From NCBI GenBank assembly GCA_013265495.1, contig MU062470.1:806001-870000 (forward strand): a DNA stretch of 64,000 bases, written 5' to 3'. The notes under the pieces were generated by a model. That model saw only the letters and a program-made list of their open reading frames with translations, did no database searches and was not told the DNA's origin. Position numbers and translations under genes: made by a program. The stretch is from Vicugna vicugna. Taxonomy: Eukaryota. This document shows positions 48,841-61,195 of this stretch, one piece after another (the first letter of the stretch is position 1; the number at the start of each line of letters is the position of its first letter).

Positions 48841-51012
48841 GCCCGGCTCCCATGCTCCCTCTGAGCCAGCACCTTCCCTGCCCTGCTGCCCTGCTCATCT
48901 GGAAACTGGTTTTAACCTCCCCCCAGAACCCAGGGATCTGGGCTCCTTGTTTGAGTCTTGACTCTATGTCTGTGCCTCATTTTCAGTTCTTTATCAATTT
49001 CTGTGTCTGGGTCTCCACTGGGGACACACATGGGGCTCTGGGAAGCCCGGTCCTGGTCCCCCTGCTGGCCCAGATGGTGGAGTGGGTGGCGGGGGGATAT
49101 GGACCCTCGAATGGTGCCTAACGTGTAACTGTGAGGTGAGGGCGTCAGAGGGGCAAAGGAAGAAAGAGATGGAGTCAGGAGGAGGCGTGGGGGCAGGGGA
49201 CGCCGGCAGGAGGGGCGTCTGTCCTCCGCACACCTGGGCCTGTTACCCACAAGTGTCCACAGAAAGTCAAGAAATAGGTGGGGCCCCGGGGCAGCAGACT
49301 GATGTGCACGTGTTTTCTTTCATCCAGCTCCACTTGTGCGAGTGAATCGTGGCTTCTATGCAGATGTTTACCTTAATAAGCTTTAAAAAGCATGTTAATA
49401 AAATGTCTGTACGTTCATGGTTCTGAAGTGCCTCTCATTTAATTCTATGTCAGGACAGTCGTTACATTTTTAAATCAGTTTTGCTCAGATAGATCTTAAT
49501 GAAAGTAAGTATCTCTCTTCGTTAGCAGGTCTGTCTGAAAGCCTTTTCCCTCCACCTCTACGCACAGGCATTTTTAGACCAAAAAGAAAAAGAAGAACAT
49601 CTGGGGATTCTCCCAGGTCTCCTACTGCTCCTCAAAGCGAGAGTTCCAGGGTTCACCCCAGGTCGGCTCCCCACTGGTCAGCCCGGGCATCCCTGGGAGG
49701 CCAGGCTGCCACGGGCCCCTCCTGTGAACTAGAGACTCCTCTGTGACAGTCAGAGAGGGTAAACCGGGCCCACCACCTCGTGTGCAGCACACACACAAGC
49801 CGACACTCGCGCGCGCTCACTTCTGCTCCCGGGCAAGCCGAGTCTGCTGTTCCTGTCGAGGACACGGGAAAGACGCGATCACTGGAAATGCTACAAAGAG
49901 CTTTGGAAATAAAACTTTAACTCAGCCTTTGACACTTGCCGCACATGCACTTTTAAAAAGCGCATTACATGATGTTACAATTAAAAAGCACACATCAAAA
50001 CGTGTTGTCACATGCAGATGGAAAACAACAGGCCGTGTCTGGCAGCGGCTGCTCCCAGTTAACTGCAGATGTGAAACGCTGATGGGAATTACCGTCATCC
50101 GTGGCTGTTTTGTACTTCATATTATATCACAATTTGCTTAATTGGTTCAGACACGTTTTAATAAATTTGATCTTAATCTAATCAGGCAGAAATGTTCTGA
50201 AAAATGTACATAGTTGTTATTATAATGGCTGAAGACCTTCATGTGAAACGTTTTCAATGGTGTCTTTTTATATTTGGGGATTTGGGATTTGGTTTTCAGA
50301 GACTCTGTGACAGTGCCATAGACGGTACAAGACAAGGTTCTTACTACATGAGAAGAAAATCACACTCCTTTAAGGCAAAATCTCAGAGAATTTGGGGGAA
50401 AGACAAAGGAAAGAGACAGAAAGGTCCTTTTATTTCAACCTCGTTTCCGTGGAATCCCACATGCAGCCCCACCGACGGTGCAGGAAGACGCCATCCACGC
50501 CCGGCTGGGAGGTGGCAGCCGCCACCCCGGCCACCACGGCGCCCTGCCAGGAGGAGGCTGCTGCTCCCCGCGAACGTGCCGAGCATCCCCAGGTCACTCT
50601 GAGGCCAGAAACTGTGTCTACGAGGCTCAGCAGCCAGTTAAGAGCCCAGAAACAAGTGAAAATAAGAGGACTAAGAAAGTGTCTGTGCTGACAAGCACTG
50701 CTCACACCTGATGCATAAGAACCACCCAGTGAAACAAAACCAAACAAGCGCAATGCTAAGAGAGCACAGTGCCTCTGCTGAGAAGAACACGACGTTCAGA
50801 GGAAGCGTGTTACCTCCTGCCTGTCCAGACGGCACCATCACGGCAGCAGCCCATGCGGCAATTTAAATTGTAACTAATTAAAATGGAACGAAATTAAAAG
50901 CTCAGCTCCCCGGTTGAACAGTCACACTCCAAGTGAGGAACTGTCACGTGTGACTGGTGGCCCCGTTTCAGGCAGCGAGGACGTGGAATGCTTGCATCAC
51001 CAAGGAAGTTCT

Positions 51013-51300
51013 GGGGAGGGAAGAATTAGGAGCATGGGGATTAACAGACACAAGCTGCTCTATATAAAACAACCAGAAAGTGACACATTGTGTCTGGCTA
51101 TAACTCAACAAAAACAGGTAAACGACAAGGTCCTACCGTAGAGCACAGAGAACTGCATTCAATATCCTGTAATAAAGCATAACAGAAGAGAATCTGAAAA
51201 AGAATAGATGTGTTTGTACATAAAACTGAATGCCTTTGCTGTACCCCAGACACTAACGCAGTATTGTAAGGCAACCACACTTTGATAAACAACAAACGAA
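51013..51300 (+). mobile_element. L1 3' end (cetartiodactyl type)
   Basis: gggattaacagacacaagc...aaggtcctaccgtagagcacagagaac...ttgctgtacccca. 10-bp TSD AGGAAGTTCT at 51003-51012 and 51468-51477. Confidence 0.9.
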
Positions 51301-51302
51301 CG

Positions 51303-51445
51303 AGGGGGAGGGAAGAGCTGAGGGGCAGGGCACGTGCCTAGCATGCACTAGGTCCTGGGCTCCATCCCCTGTACGTCCATATAAATAAGTAAGTAAATAA
51401 ACTTAATTACCCCCCCAAATGAAAACAAAAAACAACAAATAAAAT
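51303..51445 (+). mobile_element. Camelid tRNA-derived SINE (Vic-1 type) in the L1 tail
   Basis: gggggaggg...gcacgtgcctagcatgcactaggtcctgggctccatcccc...aaataaacttaattaccccccc plus an A-rich tail. Confidence 0.88.
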
Positions 51446-52519
51446 ATTTTTATAATGACTGAGTAACAGGAAGTTCTATTTGACAGCCCTGCTCTGAACA
51501 GTTGCCTGGAAGGCACTGGAGGGAGACAACTTCGAACGTGTTTGATGGAAGAAGCGTCAAGGACCACAGCAGAGGCCCCGCACAGAGAAGCCGGTTCATG
51601 GTCGGGGCCAAAATGAAGCGGAAAAAATGCACTTTTAGGGGGACACACAGGACATCTGGAGAGTCATTCTGAGGAACAAAAGTTAGGAGAAAGCCGCTTA
51701 GTCATTTAAACCCAGCTGCTTTTATTCTGTGCAGAGTAAAGCCTTTTTAAATCTTAGGTTAATAAGACGCTGATTGCTGTCATTTTCTTAGTGTTAAATA
51801 TAGACTGACAGTCAACATATCTCCGAGTGAACGGAGTGCTCCTCCGTGGTACTTGGTGACAGGCGAGAGTACATAGAAATAAAAATTTACGGTACGGGGC
51901 GTTACTTGCAATTTGCTTTTTCACATTTTTCTTGCAGTGAGGAGATAGCAAGTCTCACTGCTCCCAGCTCTTCCGCAGGACATGATGACAAGCCACCTTC
52001 GTGGTTCTATGCACCATTAAATTTTATCTCCGGTATATTCCCCACATGAAATCTCAATCTCTATTAAGCCCCAGCAATAGAATGCTGTAAATTTCTCCAG
52101 AGTAGGGATCCCCATTACATCTTTGTAGAAAACATCATTTTTTCCACATATGAAAATGATTAAACTAAAAATTTAATGACCGAATCTAGAAAAGCTCCTT
52201 GAGGCCACAGAAAATGAGTTTAATCTGTGAATGTGATTTACGCCTGTTGGGGAACCAAACTTCATCGTGCAGTCACAGCTCCCAATAAAATGCGCCAGGG
52301 TGCTTGCTCCCGCTCCCCAGTGCCTGCCTCTGCCCTGTGGGTGGTGTTCGGTGCCCCAGCACGTCTCTCTGAGCCACGACGTTGGATCCACCCCGCGGAA
52401 TGAGACAAATGGAACCCCAGCGATCAAAACTGTTGACCTGTGACTGAAAAATCGCTCACAAGGAATGTTTTTCCACCCTTAGAATTAGGGCATTCTATTT
52501 CATCCTGGAGGTAATTTAA

Positions 52520-52680
52520 AATATAGAGAAGGGGGTGGGAGTGTGAAGATAATGAATTAAACACGACAGCCACCTCAATTAAGTCACACACACACACCAT
52601 TAGCCGGTACCCCGGGAACTGTGGCCGTTCACTGCACTGCTTGCTGTGTGTGTAAAATTGTAACATAAATTTTCATCGGG
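52520..52680 (+). mobile_element. L1MC/ME-like 3' end
   Basis: Degenerate match ending tgtgtgtaaaattgtaacataaa. Confidence 0.45.
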
Positions 52681-53099
52681 GGACCCAATGCTGTGCACAT
52701 TTTCAAGGAATTGGAGGCACTTTTGTTTCGTAGGAAATGTTAATATAGAGCAAGGTCAAGGGACATCTCTTTGGTTATTTATGGCTATCTGTCAATAACG
52801 AAGCTTAATTTAACCACGTATTCTAATTACTTTATGATTCATCCAAAATTTACCTAATTTCTTGACCATTTAGATATACACTTATAATTCTCATACAGTT
52901 AAATATACCAGGAGTGAATAAATATGTTTAAGAAGTATTTCCATCACACAAATACATCAGCAGAAGCTGAAGTGTGGTATTTTAACACACCCATAGTAAG
53001 AGGTATCAGAATATTATCACTAAGAATTCCCCTCATTAACAGTTGCAAATTTCAAAAGTTACAACTCAGAAACGTTAACAGTGCTTGCTTGTTTTTTCC

Positions 53100-53260
53100 C
53101 TGTTAGTCGTCTGTTGCTGTGTAACAACTTAGCGGCCAAAACGCCACCCAGGTCTCACCTCGCAGTTCCCGGGCCCAGAGCCCAGATCGGACTGAGCAGG
53201 GTCCTGCGCTTGGTCGGGGCCACAGTCAGCCCAGGGCTCCCACGAGGCCGCAAGGTAGGG
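53100..53260 (-). mobile_element. MaLR LTR (MLT1) fragment
   Basis: tgttagtcgtctgttgctgtgtaacaactta...ctcgcagttcc. Confidence 0.6.
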
Positions 53261-53454
53261 CCACGTGTCCCCACATCCCTTCAATATCGGTCACCACCGT
53301 CTCTCAACTGTGCCCCAAAGACGTGGCTCAGCCTTGTCCCCTCTCCTGGCCACTCTCCCCGCTACAATTTCAGTTTCTACTCTGGGCTACCCTGACCACC
53401 TTCTATGTGCCATTCCAGCATCTTTTTTTCTGCACGGTGGTCGTGGATTCAGTT

Positions 53455-53556
53455 GTTCAGTGGAAAGCTCTAGAATCTGACTGAGTTCTAAACCTGGCTT
53501 AACAGCAGGTGTGTGACTTGGGTCTGTTCATTAAACCTCTCTGTGACTCGGTCTAC
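53455..53556 (+). mobile_element. MIR SINE fragment
   Basis: gctctagaatctgactgagttctaaacctggc...gtgtgacttggg...aacctctctgtgactcggt. Confidence 0.7.
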
Positions 53557-54017
53557 CTGGACACACTGCCGTGTTGACAGACCTCGCGATGTCTGTCATC
53601 ACGGTCCCTTTGCCTCCCACGGTCCCTGACATGGAGGGGAGTCCCTGACCACACAGCAGTGAGGTGCGCCGAGCCGGCGCCGCCGTGTCCCCACACGTGC
53701 ACTTCGCAGGGAAGGATGCTGGCCTAGGAACCAGGCAGGAACTCAGGCGCACAGAGCTGATGAGCCCCGTGGAGGGGGAGGCCGTGCGCGGTGGGGCAAT
53801 GGCCTGCTGCTCCTCCTCGATCTGTGCTTCTGTGGCTTCAGCGAACGCCCGGAGCAGCTGACTTTGCCCAGAACGGAGCTGTGTGCTGTGGACACAAGGT
53901 TTTCGCTCAGAGCCTGGCGGGAGAGCCACAAGGGCAAGTAGATAAAAACTGATAATCACAGCGGGCTACAGGCAAGAGGAGGAGCGCGTCCCGCACGGAT
54001 GCAAAAGTAACATTGCT

Positions 54018-54290
54018 GAAAAAATAGACACAAATGGACTTATTTACAAAAAAGAAACAGACTCTCAGACATAGAGAACAAAGCTATGGTTACCGGCTGG
54101 GACAGGAGGTGGGAAGGGATAAACTGGGAGTTCGAAAATTGCACCTCCTAGGGAGTGATGGAAACGTTCGCTACCTTGATTAGCTTGGTGGTGGTTTCAT
54201 GGGTGTAGACATCGATCCAAATTCATCCAGCTTCTGAAATGCGTGTAGTTTACTGTGCAGAAATTATACCACAATAAAGTTGTTTTTTGA
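54018..54290 (+). mobile_element. Composite L1 3'UTR: young-type piece (54018-54143) joined to an older L1M-type terminus (54150-54290)
   Basis: acaaatggacttatttacaaaaaagaaacagactc...gggataaactgggagttcg, then gtgatggaaacgttc...aattataccacaataaagttg. Confidence 0.75.
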
Positions 54291-54359
54291 AAAAGTAAGA
54301 GCGTTGTGTCAGGGAGGTCTCTGCCGTGCGACACTGACAAGTGAGCTTTGTTAAACAGC

Positions 54360-55150
54360 CACGAGACTGCAGAACACGGCGCTAACACCAGCAGCGATAG
54401 TAACGCAAGACTGCAGAGCACGGCAGCAGCGACAGTAACGGCGACGGAAGGAGGGGCTCTCGGCCAGGGGCAGAGCGCGAGCAGGCGGGCAGCCCTGGCA
54501 CCGCCGCCCAACAGGGAAACTCAGCGGCTTCCGAGGCGGGGCTGTGGGCGCGCAGCTGCGCCCGGACGGGACCTCGCCCCGGCTGGGGGCAGGGCTCGCT
54601 CCGCGGGCTGGCGGGAGGAAACGGGGCTTCGCTGGGACAGCACGACATCGTCGCGCTCTGCTCCAGAAGGGCCGTCGCGGGCCGGTGCGGAGGCCGGAGA
54701 TGCGGACCGCGCAGAGAGCTGAGAGGGAGGGAGCGCACGGGGGCGCCATGCTGCGAGGGTGACCGCCTGAACTTGGGCCACGGGACGCGCGTGAAGAACA
54801 CTGGCGGCACAACCAGGTCGGAAGCGGATGCTGGAGGAGAGGGAAACAGGTCCCGCAGTCCAGGGCTGAGTGAGCAGCGGAGGAGCCAGCTCACACCGGA
54901 GACAGAGCGGAGAGCGGACGTCTAGGGGGAGCGCAGGAAGTGCCTTCTGCCTGGTCTGAGGCCCCCGCGGCTCGTCGCAGGGGCGGGGCTGTCCCGCAGC
55001 GCCTGGCACGGGTCCGTGAGACGTGGGGCTAAGCACACAGACGCCGAGGCCGCGAGCATCCAGGAGGCAGGATCCAGAGCGCGTGGGGTTAGAACGCACG
55101 AGTGCAAGCGACGCAGACAGGACAGCAAGGGCCCCTGACATGCAAGGACC
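54360..55150. promoter_or_regulatory. CpG-rich island
   Basis: Dense CpG, including the 12-bp palindrome GCGCAGCTGCGC at 54550-54561. Confidence 0.45.
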
Positions 55151-55309
55151 AGGTGCAGGGGGATGATCCAGGAAGGTCACAAGTGCTGAATGACGACCAC
55201 AATAAATGCTCTGGTAGGAAATAAAACACTTTCTCAATAACTTCGAATAAACCGCATTCCATCTCTCATGCCCTTGCACGCGTCTTGGTCTTAGGCGTGT
55301 GTACACGGA

Positions 55310-55642
55310 GGCTATGGTTTGAATGCTTGTGCCTCAGCCCAGATCCACATGCTGACATCCAAATGGCCAGAGAGGACGGGGTTAGGAGGTGCGGCCTTCG
55401 GGAGGGGCTTTGGTCAGGAGGGCGGGACGTCAGGAATGGGGTCAGCGCTCCCGAGGGGTCCCTCGGCCTTCTCCCCCGTGAGGACGCAGCCAGAGCGGGA
55501 GGAGGGGTCTCACCACAAAGCGACCGTGCTGGTGCGTCGGTGGTGGGCTGCCAGCCCCAGGGCTGTGACAAATGCACCTCTGTTGCTGATCAGCCACCTG
55601 GTCGGTGGTATTTTGCTGTAAGACCCCAAACAGACCAAACCA
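55310..55642 (+). mobile_element. MaLR LTR (MLT1A/MST-like), near full length
   Basis: gctatggtttgaatgcttgtg...ttaggaggtgcggccttcgggagg...ggtattttgctgtaagacc. Confidence 0.88.
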
Positions 55643-58600
55643 AGGACTTACCCACTCCTCTCCCTCTGTGAGCCAGGTGAACTCAGATGCACTGGTTTCC
55701 ATACGAAGGCCTCCGCCCACTTTTCTCTGTGGGGGAAGGGCCACTCCTGGTACTTTCCACCTTGAATAGAGGTGCCTGCCAGCGCGCCTGGCTCCCCCAG
55801 TCGGCACCCCATCATGTCAGATATGCGTCCAGGGAACACCGAGGGCTTTGTGCACCCCCGAGAAACACAGGACCCAACAGTCCAGTCCTATGCCCGACTC
55901 TCTAATGTCTACAGCTTTCTTTCGGTGCCATTTAAGGATAAGAAAGGCTTCAGACAGTCACTGGAGAAATGTCTTCCTTCAAAGGCGTCACGGAGGCAGC
56001 CAACCCACTCGTCAATAGCAGACGTTCGCTGCTATCAGCTCAGCCCTGGGCACGGAGCGCGGAGTGGCCGCGCCGGCCGAGTTCCGCAGTCGTCCTTACT
56101 CTCCCAGGTTGTGCCTGCAGAGCTGTAACGACCACAGCAGAGGAAAATCCGAGTGTGCCAAGACAGCTTGGAGAGATTTATGATGCAAGCGGTCATTGAG
56201 ACTCTTCATAAACAAAGTGCCCGCAAGGCGTCGCCCACTTGTGTCCCTGCGCTCTGCATAAGCCCACACGAGCTCACCGGCTGACCCACGCCTTGATGTC
56301 ATCTGCTGGACGGCACTGAGATAGTAGGAACATTCTCCTGGGACGGGACTGGGGATTCAAATCAGTTTTCTCAGAGAACTGCCAGTATGTGTGAAATTTA
56401 CCAAAACCAAGGGCTTGTCGGATGCACATCGTTAGCTAACCATCGGTGAATCTGAGTTTTGCAGAAAGCACGGGAGGAAAAGGATGAGTGTGTATGTAGC
56501 TGCCACAGGGAAAAAAACAGTGAAAGTCATCCACAAACACATCAACGACACTTAAATTTACAGACAACTGAGCTGTAAACTCGGCCACGTTAGACCACAC
56601 TTCACAGCTGGAGCGGCACCGTGTCTAATGCGTGGCAGCTGAAATGAGGACGGGAGACGGTTAAGCCCTGTGAGATTGCTCCCAGCCAATCTGGGCACCG
56701 TCTTTACTGCCAGCTTTGCAACCTGTGTTAAATAATAGTGTCTTTGCCCTTTTTAATTTTGTTAAAATCACGTTCTGTAGGTTATAGAAAAATAAAACAA
56801 TAAAATGAAACTTAAATCAATTCTGCAGCCAGTTTAAGTCCCAGTCACATCCACCAAGATGTTCCTCTTGTCATACCCGACAAGGGCGAGTGAGGCCTTG
56901 AATCACACGGATGAAACTTCAGTGTTCAACTTCATTCTGTCCAGATGAACAAGGACATTATATTAAAAAAAAAGAGAGAGACACGACTTCCTGCCATTCA
57001 CCGAAGGGCAATTCAGACTTAACACATGGAAGCAACACTTTTTAAACAATCACTTAACACGTTAGGTGCTCCCTGAAAGAAGTCACTGGCTTCTTGTAAG
57101 AGCCGCGGGCTGTGGTCTCTCCCCGGCTCGAGCCGCTCACGTCTGTCTCCGTGTATCTTCATCCCTGCTGCCTGCTTGTGAACAACAACAACAAGACGTG
57201 AGCAATACCGAGTGACTCTTTCACGTGCCGTGGCTCTAGGCGTCTGCTGAGGGCAGCTGGCCTCGAAACCCAATAGGGCCCAACTAGCAAAGATAAGGCG
57301 ATGAATGCAGGCTGTGGCCGGAAGCCTTGATCCGCCTTCCTGGGTCAGCAGCTGCTGGCCTGCTGGTCTCACGGATTAAAGTGTGGGGACAGGATGAAGC
57401 ATCCGAGAACGTGCACTGGTCTGGTCACCGTCACCACCCCCAGTGCCGCAGCCTGGTTTCCAAAGGAACAGACTCCTGCCTTATCATATGTCTGTGAGAG
57501 GATCCAGAAAGCGGTCCCATTTCACTGATAAGCCCCAAGGCTGGTGTTAGGTGACGTCAGGTGCGTATGAACTGTTTGCGAAACCACTTGGGCCGGCCAG
57601 AGCCAAGGGTAGGAATCCATGTACATTATAATAATCAAGGAAAGCCCCGTGGTGAGCTGCGCTTCGTAAGAGAAGCCTCTGACACAGTCCGCGCACCATG
57701 AGCAGCAAAGCCATACCTCACTGCACCCGTCTGGGGAATGCAGCCCCTCAGTGGGCCAGCCCTGCCCCGGGCAACCTGACAGCCTCTGCTGGCCTCTTAC
57801 GCGTGGGACGTGCGTTACGTTCGTGCTACTGAAGACCCTGGCAGACCATGCCTGACACTGTGCTCTTTTACCTGATAAATCCGGAGAGTGAGTCAGTGAG
57901 TTGGGTAGTTCTTTGTGGAAAATACTCTCTACTTTCAAACGGAAAATAACGCTTCAGTTAGACTTCCCTTTGCAACTAGCCATTTTTCAAACGTCTGCAC
58001 TTACACATGAACACGACTCTGTGTGAGACACATCCCACCGCAAAACGGAGTCTTTGATTCTGGAATCACTGGAGTGTGGTGCTTTGGGGGAAATTTCTTT
58101 AAAAGCATTCTGGCTCGATTCTCTGTGGATTCTCCGTGGCTCTGTTGCTGACAGACAAGGTGTCCTGTCCGTTTTTCAGCGTCTGCTAGCCTGCGTCCCG
58201 TTCGCTCCATGAGATACCCGCTTTCCTCACCGCCCGCAGACAGCCGTGAGCAAGTCTAACCACGAAGGAGATTTTAATTCTGAAGCAGCTGATGCGATGC
58301 AATCTGCTTTGGTCGCTGCCACAATCTTCCATTTAGAGCTGACATGTTTATTCTTGGGCATTTAAACTGTGGCCCAGAAAGCCATGAAGGGAGGCCAGTT
58401 ATAAATGTTAGATTTGATTGGAGATGACATTCCAAAATAAACACGCCAAAGCGCAGTGGACCATTCTCCCGTGCACCTACCCTGCACTGCACGCAGTCAC
58501 ACGAGCCCGCAGACACACAAGCACACCAACGCACACACAGCATCCTCCCGAGCAGCTGCACCCCACTCGGGCTTGCAAACACACACAGACACGCGCACAG

Positions 58601-59224
58601 CTTCTACCGACTCAGTGGAGGAGAAAAAACCAAGGGAGCGTTGGTCAAAACAAATATCATTTCATTCAGCAGCCAAACGTGTAAGGAAGGCATTAAACCC
58701 CATCTCCCAACATCATAAGAATATTTTTAAAGACACAGAAGGAAACGTTCACCCCGAAGGATCAGCTAGGCGGTCCCTTTCACACATCACTCCACTCTGA
58801 TGAGAAAATAAATGAATGAGAATCATCATCATAAAAGAGGGAATTGTTCTGAAGAGATTATACACACAAAGAAATATGAACCAGGCTGGGCTTACTGCCC
58901 AGAAAACCAGGCAAACAAAGACAAAACCAAAGAAAAAAATAGAGAAAATCAAAGAAAGGAGGATATTTAAAAGGCATATTTAGCAAACTATGAAAAAAAA
59001 CCCAGCATGGGCAAGTGTGCTTAGGAAAGCGGATGGCCAGGAGGGAGAACGGACCGAGGGAGGAACGAGGGAAGACAAGACTCGTCTTTCCCCGAGTGCT
59101 CCGCCTGGAGGAAGCCGCACGGGGTCAGGTCTCTGTCAATCAGGAGGAGACTGAGGTGGAACCTTTAAAGGGAAGATCTTTAACCCCCACACACTGCTTT
59201 GTCGGCTGCTGGACGGGCACAGCT

Positions 59225-59628
59225 TTGTTTTTGTTTTGTTTTGTTTTGTTTTGATTGAAGTGTAGTTGATTTACAATGTTAGTTTCAGGTGTATAGCAAA
59301 GGATTCAGTTATACACATACACATATTTTTTTCAGATTCCTTTCCATTATATGTTATTATAAGAAGTTGAATATAGTTCTCTGTGCTCTAGAGTAGGTCC
59401 TTGTTGTTTATCTATTTTATGTATAGTAGTGTGTATCTGTCAATCCCAAACTCCTAATTTATCCCTCCCCTTCCCTTTTCCCTTTGGCAACCATAGTTTG
59501 TTTTTTATGTCCGTGAGTCTGGTTTTTATTTGTAAATAGAACTGTTATCATTTTTTTAGACTCACATATAAGTGATATAATATATTTGTCTTTCTCTGTC
59601 TGACTTACTTCACTCAACATGATAATCT
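59225..59628 (-). mobile_element. L1 3' end with a (TTTTG)n-converted tail, running into the gap
   Basis: gattgaagtgtagttgatttacaatgttagtttcaggtgtatagcaaag...tgacttacttcactcaacatgataatct. Confidence 0.93.
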
Positions 59629-59801
59629 NNNNNNNNNNNNNNNNNNNNNNNNNNNNNNNNNNNNNNNNNNNNNNNNNNNNNNNNNNNNNNNNNNNNNNNN
59701 NNNNNNNNNNNNNNNNNNNNNNNNNNNNNNNNNNNNNNNNNNNNNNNNNNNNNNNNNNNNNNNNNNNNNNNNNNNNNNNNNNNNNNNNNNNNNNNNNNNN
59801 N
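59629..59801. other. Assembly gap (173 N)
   Basis: N run. Confidence 1.
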
Positions 59802-59829
59802 TAAACAGTGCTGCAGAGCTACCATTCTT

Positions 59830-60085
59830 GTCACCGAAATCTTGAAAGGAAGAGGGGAGGAGGATGAAGCTGGAAAAGTATTCAATGAAATAATGGCTGC
59901 AACATCAAATTTGGCAAAAGATAATACACCTAAAGATTCAAAAATCTAAGAAAACTCTGAACAGAATAAATCCAAAGAAATCCACCTCAAGACACAGTAT
60001 CGTCAAATCTCTGAAGACTGAAGACAAATTTTAAAATCTCAGCGAAAAAAAGCAAGAGAGAAGTATTTACCTGCAGGGAAAAAGC
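59830..60085 (+). mobile_element. Ancient L1M ORF1-region fragment
   Basis: aaagtattcaatgaaataatggctg...aaatttggcaaaagat...aataaatccaaagaaatccacctc. Confidence 0.75.
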
Positions 60086-60861
60086 ATGTGAACTGGCAGG
60101 AGGTTTCTCCCCAGAAGTCTCGAGGCCAGAGGGAGGAGCACACCAGGTCAATGCTGGCCGACAAGGACTGTCGGCCGATTCCTTTCCTAAGGCTCGGCAG
60201 GATTCCCAGTGTTTTGGCATCGTGGTTTGGTCCTGAGGCTGCACATTGGAAAGGACAGGACTCCAAGAAAACTGAAGTTCATGCAGCCGTGAAGCAGTTC
60301 TGTAAACTCTGCAGCACAAAGAGCCCCCATGGCTGCCACGCCACCCCGGCCGCCAGGTCCTCTCTCATTAACACGCTCCACTTAATGACGACAGCAGAGA
60401 GAATGACAGGCACACTTCGCTCTGTTTTTGCTGTGTCAGCGTGACTTAAATATTAGTTTCCCTACTGGGCTGCAATATCACATTCTCCAAATTACTCTAA
60501 AATTAATAAAACGAAAGACAGCATCACGTATGCAGCTGGCAGGAAAAAGAACTTTGTACGTCTGAGTGGGTCAGTGTTTGCTCACCTCATTTGCAACGCA
60601 GAGTGTTCTAAATCTAACCTGATACCAGCTAATGGGATGACTTAGGCATGCCAGCTTTCATACCACATCAAGTTATGTCATTTAATTAAAGCCAAACTTG
60701 TGAGACACGTGAGAAGTGCACAGAACGAAGCTGCAATCTAAAATGACCAAGTCAGATCAACTTTTATTTCTAGATGTCATGGTGGTTGAGGCTGGAAGTT
60801 TGTAAGATTTACATGACATGTAACTATATCATAAATATATAAAGACTTGTTAAAATACGCC

Positions 60862-61195
60862 TAGTATGGTGTAAAAAGGACTCAGGCTCTGGGGTCTGCA
60901 GATCTGGGTGGAATCTCAGCTCTGCCGCTAACCTTGCCTGTGGCATTTGGCAAGTTACAGAAACTCCTTAAACCAGGGTTTTTCTCATATGTTAAAAAAA
61001 TAATAACTGTGCTGAGTGAATTAATTCAATGTTCGCATAAGTACCCTCTGAGTGAGTCACCCACACCCTCCCCGAGAGATGAAACCAAGACTGGAGGTGC
61101 CGGGTAACCTGCACATGGTCACATGAGCCACGAGGACGGGCCCCCGGTTCAGGCTCAGGGTGTCCGACCCCACATGCATTTCACGACCCACATGC
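60862..61195. mobile_element. Two MIR fragments in opposite orientation (60862-61045 plus, 61075-61195 minus)
   Basis: Degenerate MIR cores on each strand. Confidence 0.6.

Larger units (their letters stand above)
50820..51490. mobile_element. MER3/MER33-like hAT MITE split by an L1 insertion (pieces 50820-51012 and 51468-51490)
   Basis: The left piece ends in aggaagttct. The right piece resumes aggaagttctatttgacagccctg, matching the MITE terminus. Confidence 0.8.

Noticed and set aside
54351-55306. Several 150-260 aa ORFs
   Set aside because: GC-rich segment with overlapping open frames and no homology I can recognise.
59610-59885. ORFs spanning the N run
   Set aside because: Artefacts of the assembly gap.
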